Shown: positions 9,799 through 19,827 of the stretch, piece after piece | Layout of the letters: the number at the start of each line of letters is the position of its first letter | Position numbering within the stretch: the first letter of the stretch is position 1 | IMG/VR virus record: IMGVR_UViG_3300045988_183789 | Reading direction: 5' to 3' (one strand) | Length of the DNA stretch: 64,000 bases | Source: a virus | Made by a program: the position numbers and the translations under genes | The notes under the pieces: model-generated | What the model was told of the DNA's origin: nothing | Databases searched by the model: none | Seen by the model: the letters and a program-made list of their open reading frames with translations, nothing else

Positions 9799-12507
9799 AT
9801 GTTTAGAAAGAAAAATAAGCAGCAAGCTGTTCCGAATGGCGTTGTCGGTGACAGCCTGGAGAGCGTTCGTCTGACAAAGAAAGAACGCGAAGAAATTGCC
9901 AACGCCGAACGTAAGCGTATCGACAAAGAGATGCAGGCCAATGCGGACCGTTATCAAATCGTCCGCAGTACACAGCGCATTATCCCTGTTCAAGACATTT
10001 ATAACGGTGTCATTATTACAAAAGACCACCGTTATGTGAAGATTCTTGAGTTTCGGCCCATCAACTTCGGTTACATGGATGCCGAGACACAGAACCGCAT
10101 CATCTCACTCTTCTATCAGACTTTCAAGGCTGTTCCGGTCAACATCCAGTTCAAGACCTTTGCCCGTAAAGCAGATGTCGAGAAGACGATTGCTACAGTC
10201 ACTTCCTATTATCGGGAAGAGACAAACATCAAGCGCAAGCGGATGCTGAAAGCTTACATCGGCCTGCTTCGTAAGACGGCTTTGTCCGTTGGTATTACGC
10301 GCCGTTTCTTTATCATCATTGAGTTTCAGCGTACCATCAGCAATGACGGCTCTAACTTTGATATGGTGGTTGCGGACCTTAATGCAATGGCGGCTAACGT
10401 ACGCTCCCACATGGAACAGTGCGGCAATATCTTCATCCCGGCTCTGGGCGACAGCAGCCGTAATGAAGATGCCGGTATACACCAGCTGTTCTATCAGATG
10501 CTGAACCGTCGCAAGAGTGAGACGATTACGTTCCACGACCACGTTACGCCCATCATTGAACGCTATACCGAAGCGGATAAGAACGGCGTAAAGACCTCTC
10601 TGAATGCCACGGAATTGATTGCGCCAGACTGGATTGATTTTACCCATTATGACTATATTGTCATTGATGGCAAGTTCTACACCTTTGCCTACATTCCATC
10701 TACTGGATATAATCAGCGGGTGTACGCTGGTTGGATTGCTACTTTCGTAAACGCTGGCGAAGGCGTAGATATGGATGTGTTCTTTGAGCATCAATCCCGT
10801 GAAGCGGTTTACAACAAAATCAGTACCCAGCTTCGTTTGAGCCGCGCTAATGCTATGGAAAGCCATGATACAGACTCCGACTACCATGCTCGTATGGAGA
10901 AAATTTCTTCCAGCGAATATATGTTGAAAGGCTTGTCCAGCGGCGAAGAATTTTATTATATGAGCATCCTCATCACCATTGTTGGTGATAGCTTGGACGA
11001 GTTGGAATACAAGTATAACTCCCTTGAAAAGCGCGTCAAAGGCCAGGGAATGAAGATTCGTCGTGCAAACTTTATGATGGAAGAGTGCTTTGAGTCTGCG
11101 TTGCTGCCTCTGGGTAAGCTCCATAAGGACATCAAGCGCCGGGCACAGCGCAACGTGCTGACCTCTGGTGTGGCATCTTGCTATCCCTTCATTTCCTTTG
11201 AAATGCAGGACCCTGACGGCGTTATGATTGGTACAAACCGCGCCAACAACTCCCTTGTCACTATCGACATGTTCGACACGGATGTTCACGCCAACGCAAA
11301 CGCTGTTATCCTTGGTTCTTCCGGTTATGGTAAGACCTTCACCGCACAGCTTTTTGCATTGCGTCTGTCTGAAATGGATACGCAAGTGTTCGTTATCTCT
11401 CCGCTGAAAGGCTTGGAAGACTACGGCGGCGGATGCAAGGCGGTTGACGGCCAGTTCATCAGTATGGACCCGTCTTCCATCAATAGCATCAACATCATGG
11501 ATATCCGCGTGCCGGACGATGCGGACGCCAAGGAGCTGGACGACTACGAGTCTACTGGTTCTCTGCTGACCAAGAAGATTCACACCATCAAGTCCTTCCT
11601 GCATTTGGTCGTTAAGGATATGACACAGGAAGAGGAACAGCTTATTGATACAAGTCTTTACAGATGCTATAAGGACTTCGGCATCACCAATGATAACGAA
11701 TCGATTCTCGATAAAGAACACGGCGGTTATAAAAAGATGCCTCTGCTGGAAGACCTCCAGAAAGAGATGCAGAATGTTCCTGAACTTCATCGTATCTGCA
11801 ACATCCTGAACCCGCTGATTACCGGTTCAATGGCGTGTTATAATCGCCCTACCAATGTTGACCTGAAAGCCAAATACATTGTATTTGACTTCAACGGCAT
11901 GAAGGGCGCTATCCTTACGATGTCGATGTTTGTTGTTCTGGACTTCGTCTGGACCAAAATCAAAGAAGACCGTACAAAGCGCAAGGCCGTATTTATCGAC
12001 GAGTGCTGGAAGCTGATTGGCACCGACTCAAACGAGATGGCGGCAGAGGACGTTGTGGAAATCTTCCGTACAATTCGTGCTTACGGTGGCTCGGCTTTCG
12101 CTATGACGCAGGACATTTCTCAGTTCTATGAGTATAAGGGCGGCAAGTATGGTAAGGCAATCATCGGTAACGCTGACACCAAAATCATCATGCACCTTAT
12201 CCCGTCTGAAGCGCAGGCATTGCAGTCTGCCATTCAGTTGACTGATGCGGAGATGGAAAACGTCTCCAACTTGCAGCGTGGTCAAGGTCTGGTCTGTGCC
12301 GCTTCTGCCAAGCTGTTCGTTGACTTTGTTGCTGCACCTTATGAAAAGCAGGAAATCACGACAGATGCAAAGAGCTTCTATCTGCAAGAGAAAGCCCTCA
12401 AAGAGAAACAGCACAAAGAAGAGCAGGAGCGCCTGGCGGCTGAAAACGCCAAAGGTGGGTCTGACTCTAACAGCGATGACGAGGATTTGCTGAATGTGAC
12501 ATTCTGA
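9799..12507 (+). CDS. VirB4/TraE/PrgJ-family T4SS ATPase
   Basis: About 900 aa. Walker A ILGSSGYGKTF and Walker B AVFIDECWKL. The size and position after a VirB3-like gene are typical. Confidence 0.85.
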   Translation: MFRKKNKQQAVPNGVVGDSLESVRLTKKEREEIANAERKRIDKEMQANADRYQIVRSTQRIIPVQDIYNGVIITKDHRYVKILEFRPINFGYMDAETQNRIISLFYQTFKAVPVNIQFKTFARKADVEKTIATVTSYYREETNIKRKRMLKAYIGLLRKTALSVGITRRFFIIIEFQRTISNDGSNFDMVVADLNAMAANVRSHMEQCGNIFIPALGDSSRNEDAGIHQLFYQMLNRRKSETITFHDHVTPIIERYTEADKNGVKTSLNATELIAPDWIDFTHYDYIVIDGKFYTFAYIPSTGYNQRVYAGWIATFVNAGEGVDMDVFFEHQSREAVYNKISTQLRLSRANAMESHDTDSDYHARMEKISSSEYMLKGLSSGEEFYYMSILITIVGDSLDELEYKYNSLEKRVKGQGMKIRRANFMMEECFESALLPLGKLHKDIKRRAQRNVLTSGVASCYPFISFEMQDPDGVMIGTNRANNSLVTIDMFDTDVHANANAVILGSSGYGKTFTAQLFALRLSEMDTQVFVISPLKGLEDYGGGCKAVDGQFISMDPSSINSINIMDIRVPDDADAKELDDYESTGSLLTKKIHTIKSFLHLVVKDMTQEEEQLIDTSLYRCYKDFGITNDNESILDKEHGGYKKMPLLEDLQKEMQNVPELHRICNILNPLITGSMACYNRPTNVDLKAKYIVFDFNGMKGAILTMSMFVVLDFVWTKIKEDRTKRKAVFIDECWKLIGTDSNEMAAEDVVEIFRTIRAYGGSAFAMTQDISQFYEYKGGKYGKAIIGNADTKIIMHLIPSEAQALQSAIQLTDAEMENVSNLQRGQGLVCAASAKLFVDFVAAPYEKQEITTDAKSFYLQEKALKEKQHKEEQERLAAENAKGGSDSNSDDEDLLNVTF

Positions 12508-12548
12508 ACTGCAAAATCAAACGATACTCCGTTAATACTAACTGAAAA

Positions 12549-12622
12549 CAGCACTTTTGAGATATGCAATGGCCCGGTACAAATAAAACGTGCTGCTTTT
12601 GTGTATCTCAAAAGTGCTTTTC
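12549..12622 (+). terminator. Large hairpin terminator after the VirB4 gene
   Basis: Inverted repeat CAGCACTTTTGAGATA ... TATCTCAAAAGTGCT followed by TTTT. Confidence 0.6.
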
Positions 12623-12754
12623 CTTTTTGTCAAACCTTAAATTGCACATTTCTGAAAGTGCCGCATTTGAACGCTGCTATGCGTAAGTTGGCACTCAATC
12701 TAATGCGAAATATGACAAATACACATTTTGCCAATACTGAAAGGAGACATTCTT

Positions 12755-13345
12755 ATGTCTGAGATTCACAACACCGACATCCGCGAACTGCTTGATTCCA
12801 TTCCGGTTATCCCTAACACGCTGATGGAAGAATATCTGACCCGTCGGTATGAAATTACACCCAACAAGGCCCGCGAAATCATCTACAACGCTTGCCGCAA
12901 AGGTTCAAACCGCCGTCCTGCTTGCTACGCGACCAATGACGGACTTGCCAAAGCCGATTACATTACTATGACGAGCCTGTATCGTAAGCGTTGCCGTGCG
13001 TTCCGTGTTGCTTGCGAGTTTCTGCCGGAGAGCCGTCGATTTTCGATTCCCGCCACCAGTCCTTGGTTGCTGAGTTTTTGCTTTGATAGCAGCGTCTATT
13101 ATGTCTGTGAGTTTGAAAAAGGCAAGGAGCTCATTACGGCTGATATGATTCGCAACGCCGGTATTCGCGAAGATATGATGTCCGTTACCTCTCGAATCGC
13201 TATTCTGCGCCCTGGCACAAAGCGTGAGCTGTTGGATGGCTGCGGAATCCGCTTTTTCTGCACGGTTGACGATGATTACAACCTCGATGTGACCGAGCAG
13301 GTTCCTGACGAGGAGGTTTGGAATGGCGTTCCCATCGTTGATTGA
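12755..13345 (+). CDS. Hypothetical protein
   Basis: RBS AAAGGAGA lies 7 nt upstream of ATG 12755. Confidence 0.45.
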   Translation: MSEIHNTDIRELLDSIPVIPNTLMEEYLTRRYEITPNKAREIIYNACRKGSNRRPACYATNDGLAKADYITMTSLYRKRCRAFRVACEFLPESRRFSIPATSPWLLSFCFDSSVYYVCEFEKGKELITADMIRNAGIREDMMSVTSRIAILRPGTKRELLDGCGIRFFCTVDDDYNLDVTEQVPDEEVWNGVPIVD

Positions 13346-14096
13346 TTATAAACGATACATCGAAGAAAACGGACTTGGCAACAAGCCTACTTCCAACCAT
13401 TCGGATGTGCCGCCTGAAAAGCCGGTTCTTTACCACGATACGGCGGGATATGTAAAGAAACATATTCAAAATGCTTCCGCAATGTTAGGCACAATCCCGG
13501 ATGATATGCCACTCAATAAGGTCTCAGAGTCTACCCTGAGCAGCGTTTCCATCGAGATTTTGAAGGCGGAACGCTCAATTTTGACGTCTTTCAACGGCCG
13601 AGAAAAGTCGGTTCCGTATCAAAAAAACGTCGAGGTGGCTGCCATTCCAAAAGATTTCTGCTCTGTATCAGTACCGGCACACGCGCTTCTGGCAGTACAC
13701 TACAAGACGCTTTTGCCGCCATTCCACTATGAATGGTACAGCCGCAAAGCAAAAGAAAGAGACGATGCAGGACGACATTTTTTGGACGCAGAATTCGACA
13801 TTATTACCGAGGCGGTTGTAACAGAATACATCTCGAAGAACGGACCTATCAAGGTGCCATCAGGGCTTGTCTATCTAATATTTCGCAGGGGCATCCGACC
13901 TGGCAGAAATGTTCCGATAGACAATAATAACGTCTACACGGGGGCCGTTACTAATGCCATCAGTCGCGTACTGCAACACGGTGATGGCTGGCAGCAAATG
14001 AGCTTCGTCTATACCGCCATAGAGGATTCAGAAGGACCTTATCTGGATGTGATTTTGTGCGAAAAATCAGACATCACAAGATGGATTGAAGCGTAG
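13323..14096 (+). CDS. Hypothetical protein
   Basis: RBS GAGGAGG. Overlaps the upstream gene by 23 nt. Confidence 0.45.
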   Translation: MAFPSLIDYKRYIEENGLGNKPTSNHSDVPPEKPVLYHDTAGYVKKHIQNASAMLGTIPDDMPLNKVSESTLSSVSIEILKAERSILTSFNGREKSVPYQKNVEVAAIPKDFCSVSVPAHALLAVHYKTLLPPFHYEWYSRKAKERDDAGRHFLDAEFDIITEAVVTEYISKNGPIKVPSGLVYLIFRRGIRPGRNVPIDNNNVYTGAVTNAISRVLQHGDGWQQMSFVYTAIEDSEGPYLDVILCEKSDITRWIEA

Positions 14097-14264
14097 CTCG
14101 GATACAACAATTTTGGGGACTGCAAAATACAACATTATCAGGATGCTGTTTTTATGCCCCTTAAATTGTTGTATCCTTTCATTGTTTTTGGGCACAGTAA
14201 TAGACTTTCGGCGTATCAGGTGGTACGCTATCGTGTTTCTTATATACAAATATTAGGTGACAAA

Positions 14265-15530
14265 ATGACTAATGAACAAAGGCTTCTGTGCTATCTCTAC
14301 AGTGTAGATTCCATTCAGCGCAGGCAGCTTGTGATTGCACTGTCGGATATGCCGTATCAGAGCGTTACGCTGGCAGTACGAAATGCAGTCAAGCACGGCT
14401 ATGTAGAGGTATTTCGCAAGGATGAATCTAACTATCTGCGTATAACACCAGATGGAGTAAAGTACATCCGCTCCACGGCTCGTGATGCGCTGGATGGGCA
14501 AAAGCGAGCTACTATGAAGCGGCGACTCAAGGGTGAAAACGGCAGGCGGCTGAACCGTATGGAAGTAGTAAGCTGCATGTGTCGAGCGGCAGGCATCAAA
14601 CTCGCAAAGGAAGAACATATCCGTCTTGAAAATGTTCTGAATGCAGATGCGGATGACTACGCAAGATTCATGGACGACTACTTCTACGACAAAGGTCTGC
14701 TGTTTCTCTCTGACGAACTCTCTACAACCATCAAGGCTGAACAGACAGTTGGCGAGGAATACACAACTGGCATGAGCCGTCTGGTAGGAGTGATAGTAAA
14801 CTGCAAAGGAATCTTCTACGTTTACTGCACGCTGGACAGGTTGATGCGTTGGATTATCTCCTATGAGCGCCGCAGAGTCGCAGCTATATCCAAGCTCTTT
14901 GAGAGCAGTGACGCAGCAAACGCCAATGATGATTTTGCTGAAGCGTGTGCGTCTGTACCCAAAAGCGTCATCATTGGAAAGACTTGCGCCATGATTCCCA
15001 AAATCATCACAGGCAACAAGTACGGCAAGGTAGTCGAGAACGCAAGCAGAAGCACTATAACGGATAAGCTGATGACTCTTGCGAATCTCGAACAGGTGTA
15101 CGCACGCAACTACTTCGTTCCAACCAACACGCTCGGCGTAGAACTTCTCTCCAGAACAGTAACGCTGACACGAAGCGACCTCAACAGTATGATTGAGATG
15201 TGGCTTTCAGAAATGACTGAACGATACACAACCGTTTCATCGCGAGAGTATGTAGAAGTCTACATCGAAGACCAAGAAGATAAGACGCTCATCTTTCCCA
15301 TCATTGAACTTGAAGAGCTTGTATTCCAAAAAGCAAGTAAAGAGCGCTATCACATTGTATGTGAAAGAGGAACGCAAGACGGAATCAGCCGAGTTATGGG
15401 CAAAAAACTCATTGACTTCAAAGATATGAACAACACGCCTATGCCTGCGCACAAATATGACGACTACGGAATCCGCCGTGATGGCATTAACCCGCTAACT
15501 CATTCTGGGTATTGGGAGGAAGAACAATGA
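14265..15530 (+). CDS. Hypothetical protein with a winged-helix-like N-terminal region
   Basis: RBS AGGTGA. The N-terminal ~70 aa resemble a wHTH (QRRQLVIALSDMPYQSVTLAVRNAVKHGYVEV). Confidence 0.45.
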   Translation: MTNEQRLLCYLYSVDSIQRRQLVIALSDMPYQSVTLAVRNAVKHGYVEVFRKDESNYLRITPDGVKYIRSTARDALDGQKRATMKRRLKGENGRRLNRMEVVSCMCRAAGIKLAKEEHIRLENVLNADADDYARFMDDYFYDKGLLFLSDELSTTIKAEQTVGEEYTTGMSRLVGVIVNCKGIFYVYCTLDRLMRWIISYERRRVAAISKLFESSDAANANDDFAEACASVPKSVIIGKTCAMIPKIITGNKYGKVVENASRSTITDKLMTLANLEQVYARNYFVPTNTLGVELLSRTVTLTRSDLNSMIEMWLSEMTERYTTVSSREYVEVYIEDQEDKTLIFPIIELEELVFQKASKERYHIVCERGTQDGISRVMGKKLIDFKDMNNTPMPAHKYDDYGIRRDGINPLTHSGYWEEEQ

Positions 15531-15802
15531 TAGCAATTCGAGTATGCCCGATATGCAAGAAGAAGTTCGAGGGTAGAGTAGGCGTCCCGAAAGTCTATTG
15601 CGATGACTGCATGATAACGCAAGACATTGCAGCAATGGACGAAGCCGTAAAGGAGTCAAGTTGGTTCTTTGACGGAGATGATGAGAAATTTGAAGAGATA
15701 GAAGACGAGAAAGACCCGATTCTCGTTCCATCACTTTTGCCGCCGCCTCCACGACAGAGTAAAGAGTCTCTTTTAAGTCTCATTCAAAAGAAGCGTAGCT
15801 GA
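15527..15802 (+). CDS. Small zinc-ribbon protein (C4), acidic C-terminus
   Basis: CPICKKK-x15-CDDC motif. RBS GGGAGGAAG. Confidence 0.45.
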   Translation: MIAIRVCPICKKKFEGRVGVPKVYCDDCMITQDIAAMDEAVKESSWFFDGDDEKFEEIEDEKDPILVPSLLPPPPRQSKESLLSLIQKKRS

Positions 15803-15990
15803 TAGCGCACGCCCAAAACTTCAAAAGCAAATATTACTATTTTATGAACATCGAAGGACCACAATTGAGACAATTACGAATTCGTGGTATAATGGCGATG
15901 AAAATAGAGAAGACGAAACACGGAAGGAGCGTAGCTGCCGAAGCGTAGCCGAAGAACTACAAACCTCAAAGCGTAGCTCCTAACCGTAGG
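15790..15990. repeat. Direct-repeat array, part 1 (AAGCGTAGC / ACCGTAGG motifs, 5 copies)
   Basis: Copies are AAGCGTAGCTGA, GAGCGTAGCTGCC, GAAGCGTAGCCGAAG, AAAGCGTAGCTCC and AACCGTAGGCAC. Confidence 0.6.
15865..15893 (+). promoter_or_regulatory. Sigma-A-type promoter (TTGAGA-17-TATAAT) with a CGAATTCG box in the spacer. Variant of the GCGAATTG promoter family
   Basis: TTGAGA caattacgaattcgtgg TATAAT with an extended -10 TGg. Upstream of the thioredoxin gene. Confidence 0.5.
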
Positions 15991-16008
15991 CACTTGAGGT
16001 TTTGAGAA

Positions 16009-16674
16009 ATGACTAAGAAGTTCATTGTTCCTTACGTAGTTGCATCGCTGGCAATGGCTGCTGCAATTAGCGTGGCCAGTAGTGATGGAGCCGTAGTTGC
16101 AAGAAGCTACTCTGGATACAACAACCAGAAGCCGAGCGTAGCTGCTGACTATACCTATCAAACCGTAGGCATTCCCTGGAATAACACCTATGTTGAAGTG
16201 ACTGCGACACAGGCGAGAGAAATCAAAGATGGCATCGTTATCTTTGCGTATCCTCGCTGCCCTTACTGCCGCAACCTGATTCCTGAACTTACCGGTATTG
16301 CCAAAGAAAAGAACCAGACCGTTTACTACTGCCAAATCGATGAGTACCGCGACATCTACGCATACGACGAGAATACTGGTGCTCCTGTGATGACAAAAGC
16401 AGCAGGGGAAGGGTATGATGAACTTCTCAATTGGCTGCAAGACTACCTGGCAGATTACACGATAAGCGATAAGGATAAGAACAAGTACGAAATTGGAGAG
16501 AAGCGTATCGGCGCTCCTACCATTGTTCGCATCGAAGATGGTGAACCTGTTTCTACCTGGAAGCTGAGTTCGGTTGAAGATGTTTCGTATCCGGAGAACA
16601 AATACGACTCGTGGGATGATACTGTACGAGTTAAAGTCTCTGACTCGCTGAGAGACTACTTTGAGGAGGCATAA
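16009..16674 (+). CDS. Secreted thioredoxin-fold thiol-disulfide oxidoreductase
   Basis: N-terminal signal peptide. CxxC active site in YPRCPYCRN. Confidence 0.7.
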   Translation: MTKKFIVPYVVASLAMAAAISVASSDGAVVARSYSGYNNQKPSVAADYTYQTVGIPWNNTYVEVTATQAREIKDGIVIFAYPRCPYCRNLIPELTGIAKEKNQTVYYCQIDEYRDIYAYDENTGAPVMTKAAGEGYDELLNWLQDYLADYTISDKDKNKYEIGEKRIGAPTIVRIEDGEPVSTWKLSSVEDVSYPENKYDSWDDTVRVKVSDSLRDYFEEA

Positions 16675-16676
16675 AG

Positions 16677-16865
16677 ATGAAAGGCTTTAACATCGGATTG
16701 GTGCTGTACGTCGATTCGCAGTTTCTGGTAACGGCTTGTATTATGGCTGTTGTCTTCACGCTGACCGGCGTGACTGAATACCTTCCCACTTGGGTTATTG
16801 CGCTGTACTTCTTTGGCCTTTATGGGTTCTTTGCCTATAACGCACTCAAAGACGACGATGATTAA
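16677..16865 (+). CDS. Small two-TM membrane protein
   Basis: Strong RBS GAGGAGG. 62 aa, hydrophobic. Confidence 0.5.
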   Translation: MKGFNIGLVLYVDSQFLVTACIMAVVFTLTGVTEYLPTWVIALYFFGLYGFFAYNALKDDDD

Positions 16866-17040
16866 AGCGTAGCCCGGCGGGTGAAACCGTAGGTGCGCGT
16901 GGAACGAACCGTAGGCAGAGGATGAAAGCATCGCTGCCAATAGCAAAGGAGCTTATGAACGACGGAAGCGTAGCTGCCACCATGAAACTGGTCGCTGGTT
17001 GCGTAGCCGTCGTTCTTTTTCTTTTTAGGAGGCGTAGCCA
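16864..17040. repeat. Direct-repeat array, part 2 (AAGCGTAGC / AACCGTAGG motifs, 7 copies)
   Basis: Copies are AAGCGTAGCCCGG, AACCGTAGGTGCG, AACCGTAGGCAGAGG, AAGCGTAGCTGCC, TTGCGTAGCCGTCG and AGGCGTAGCCAAAC. Confidence 0.6.
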
Positions 17041-17043
17041 AAC

Positions 17044-17277
17044 ATGGTATATGAAGTGATAAGTCCGAGAGGACGCGGAACAGGAACTATCATTGGAGTT
17101 CATACGGAATCCGCACAGTGCATTGACTCTCTTGATATGCAAAAAGCGATGGTAGCAGGAGGTAGTAAAATCACCTTTGAGGGGACGACAGAAGAATATG
17201 AAGCTGTAAAGGATAAGCTGCATCCGAAGACGAAGGTGACTATTTTGAAAGAAGCCGGGAAGAAAACGAAGAAATAA
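17044..17277 (+). CDS. Hypothetical small protein
   Basis: RBS AGGAGG. 77 aa. Confidence 0.45.
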   Translation: MVYEVISPRGRGTGTIIGVHTESAQCIDSLDMQKAMVAGGSKITFEGTTEEYEAVKDKLHPKTKVTILKEAGKKTKK

Positions 17278-17382
17278 GAGATAGGATGAAGCTGTTGCCT
17301 GATATAAGTTCATCAAGAACTATGAAGCAGCACTTTGGAATACACAAGAATTGGGCTGAAGTGAACAGCCGGAAAGGCAATT

Positions 17383-18141
17383 ATGACCACGAACTTTGAG
17401 AACACCTATCAGGCATTCATGCACTGTGACGTAGACAAGCTGGCTGCGGAGTTTGCAGCTATGTATCACAGTGGCGGCGAGGAGCGTGACCGGCTCGCAG
17501 ATGCTAAGGAAGAGGTCAATGCTGCATTCATGCGCATGAAGACGCTCCCCCTGAAAGTAGAGCCGGAGCAGAAACTGCTCTTCGTTTGCAAGGGCTTTGG
17601 TGACGTGGGAGATGACACCGTCTGCATCGAAGCCAGTGACCTCCGTGCCTGGAAAGAGAAGCACACGAAAGTATCTGAAGCTGAAGCCATCAGCGATGAG
17701 ATGCTTACCTTTATGAGCACCGATGACATCATGGCGGCCGTAATGAAGCAGGACCTGCCGACTCAGTACGCTTTTGAATTTTGCAGCTGGGAAGAGATTC
17801 TCAGCTGGAAGCTGGCACCGTCCAGTATCTATATCTACGGCCTTGAGTGGTGCCTTTCCCGCGTGTTGTGGGAAATGACCTTTTTTGGCATCGAACCTGA
17901 AGGTATGGAGAACGCCAAAGCTGAAATCGACGCGAACCTTGAGGAAGCAAAGAAAGACCTTGCTGAAAACGGCGAACCCAGCAAATGCATTCCGTTCGAG
18001 GAAGTCGTAAAGAAGCTGCTGGGCGACGACTATACAGAAGACTGGTATCCCGAAGAAGAGCAGGAGAGAGACCGGCGGAATATGGCGATTGCGGCCTACA
18101 AGGGAAATCATGAAGCAGAGAGGCTGCTCGCGATGCTGTGA
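17383..18141 (+). CDS. Hypothetical acidic protein
   Basis: 252 aa, strongly acidic C-terminus. RBS GGAAAGG. Confidence 0.5.
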   Translation: MTTNFENTYQAFMHCDVDKLAAEFAAMYHSGGEERDRLADAKEEVNAAFMRMKTLPLKVEPEQKLLFVCKGFGDVGDDTVCIEASDLRAWKEKHTKVSEAEAISDEMLTFMSTDDIMAAVMKQDLPTQYAFEFCSWEEILSWKLAPSSIYIYGLEWCLSRVLWEMTFFGIEPEGMENAKAEIDANLEEAKKDLAENGEPSKCIPFEEVVKKLLGDDYTEDWYPEEEQERDRRNMAIAAYKGNHEAERLLAML

Positions 18142-18199
18142 GGTGCCCTATAATTCATCCAGAACAAAATTAACCCGGAGCAGAAAGGAGATGATAGAG

Positions 18200-18988
18200 A
18201 TGCTTATTCATATTTTTGGCGATACACATGGACCGGATGAGATTTTCAAAATCAATCCGAAACGGTTCCTTAACCGTGACATCACAAAAGATGATGCGAT
18301 TGTTGTTTGCGGAGACTTCGGATTTCCGTTCTTTCCGACAGACCGCATCCCGGCGGACGACCTCAAGACACTGGACATGCCGCAACACTGTATCAAGTCA
18401 GCGCGAGCGTACCAGATGTACACCGACTGGATGAAGTCTTTTCCTTGCAATATCCTCTTCATCGATGGTAACCACGATAACCACACCTTCTGGGCAGAGC
18501 AGCCTACTGAACGGTGGAACGGCGGCTTGATTCAACGCCTGCCGGAAGCACCGAATGTCATCCACCTGATGCGCGGCGAATACTACACGATTGATGGTAT
18601 GACTGTATGGTGTATGGGAGGTGCAGAGTCTATCGATAAAGCATACCGTACAGAAGGCGTCACTTGGTGGAGGGAAGAAGTCCCATCTCAGAAAGAGATG
18701 TGGCACGGTCTTGACGCATTGGATGAGCATGGGAATAAAGTAGACATCATCATGACGCACATGCTTCCACAGATGCTCATGCCAATCTATTTCAGAGACA
18801 TCAGCCCGATTCACGACCCGACTGGCGTATACCTTGATGAAATTTACCGCCGGGTGAAGTTTAAACAATGGTGTTGCGGCCACATGCACCAAGACATCGA
18901 TAAATCGATGTACAAGCTCAGAGTGCTGTACAACCAGATTGCGGAAATAAACACGGACGACTTTGGGAAAGAAGGTGATAACCAATGA
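18200..18988 (+). CDS. Calcineurin-like metallophosphoesterase
   Basis: RBS AAAGGAGA. Motifs HIFGDTHG and GNHDNH. Confidence 0.7.
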   Translation: MLIHIFGDTHGPDEIFKINPKRFLNRDITKDDAIVVCGDFGFPFFPTDRIPADDLKTLDMPQHCIKSARAYQMYTDWMKSFPCNILFIDGNHDNHTFWAEQPTERWNGGLIQRLPEAPNVIHLMRGEYYTIDGMTVWCMGGAESIDKAYRTEGVTWWREEVPSQKEMWHGLDALDEHGNKVDIIMTHMLPQMLMPIYFRDISPIHDPTGVYLDEIYRRVKFKQWCCGHMHQDIDKSMYKLRVLYNQIAEINTDDFGKEGDNQ

Positions 18989-19827
18989 GCGACATCTATG
19001 TGGCAGGAGATGTGCATGGGAACTACAAAGGTCTCATCGAATCCCTCATGGCCGCCGGATGGAATGAAGGAACCGACAAGCTCGTCTTCGTTGGTGATGT
19101 AGTAGACCGTGGCAAGGAAAACGCAAAGGTCGTCAACTTCATTACGGAACATCCAGATACAGTCCATCTCGTTCTTGGCAACCACGAATACGAACATAGG
19201 CAGATGCTTCGATACTATAAAGCACTCGCACAGTCTCCGACCGTCAGAAAGCTCGCAGCCTGGGTCTTCCTACACTACAAGCAAGGAGAGCACATCTTCA
19301 GAACAAAAGAAGAACTCGAAACGCTCAGATGCAGCATGGAGGAAAGAAAAAAGATTCTCGCCGCTAGACCCCATACGTTCGCTGGGTGGCAGAAGCTTTT
19401 TATTACCTACACACTCGCGTGGGAGAACGATGGGCTTTGGCAGATGGTCGTCTATCTGCTCGACAATATGTGTGGCACACCGTACGAAGCAGAACATACC
19501 ATCTATGAGTATCTGTCTGGTACGAAAAAAACGAGGGAAAGCTTTGAAACTACCTTTGAGAATCAAGCACAGGAACTCAACATCACGCCTCCGCCCGGTT
19601 CTCGATTCAAACAAATCGTGGTAACTCACAACAACCCGTTCGGTCGAGTCTTTGATTATGATAAAGACGAAATGTTGACCGGTCATCGGGATACGCTCTA
19701 TATTTTTGGACATATCCCTCATAAAGAAATCACTCGCATGGACAGACCCAACTCCGGTTGCACATACCTCGACATTGATACATCTCCATACGGAGTATCC
19801 GTCATTAAGCTGTCTAACTATCTCTAA
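18985..19827 (+). CDS. Metallophosphoesterase (PPP/ApaH-like)
   Basis: Motifs GDVHGN, GDVVDRG and GNHE. Confidence 0.7.
   Translation: MSDIYVAGDVHGNYKGLIESLMAAGWNEGTDKLVFVGDVVDRGKENAKVVNFITEHPDTVHLVLGNHEYEHRQMLRYYKALAQSPTVRKLAAWVFLHYKQGEHIFRTKEELETLRCSMEERKKILAARPHTFAGWQKLFITYTLAWENDGLWQMVVYLLDNMCGTPYEAEHTIYEYLSGTKKTRESFETTFENQAQELNITPPPGSRFKQIVVTHNNPFGRVFDYDKDEMLTGHRDTLYIFGHIPHKEITRMDRPNSGCTYLDIDTSPYGVSVIKLSNYL

Noticed and set aside
10105-11790. 561-aa minus-strand ORF antisense to VirB4
   Set aside because: The + strand frame carries the Walker A and B motifs, and the antisense ORF has no start context.
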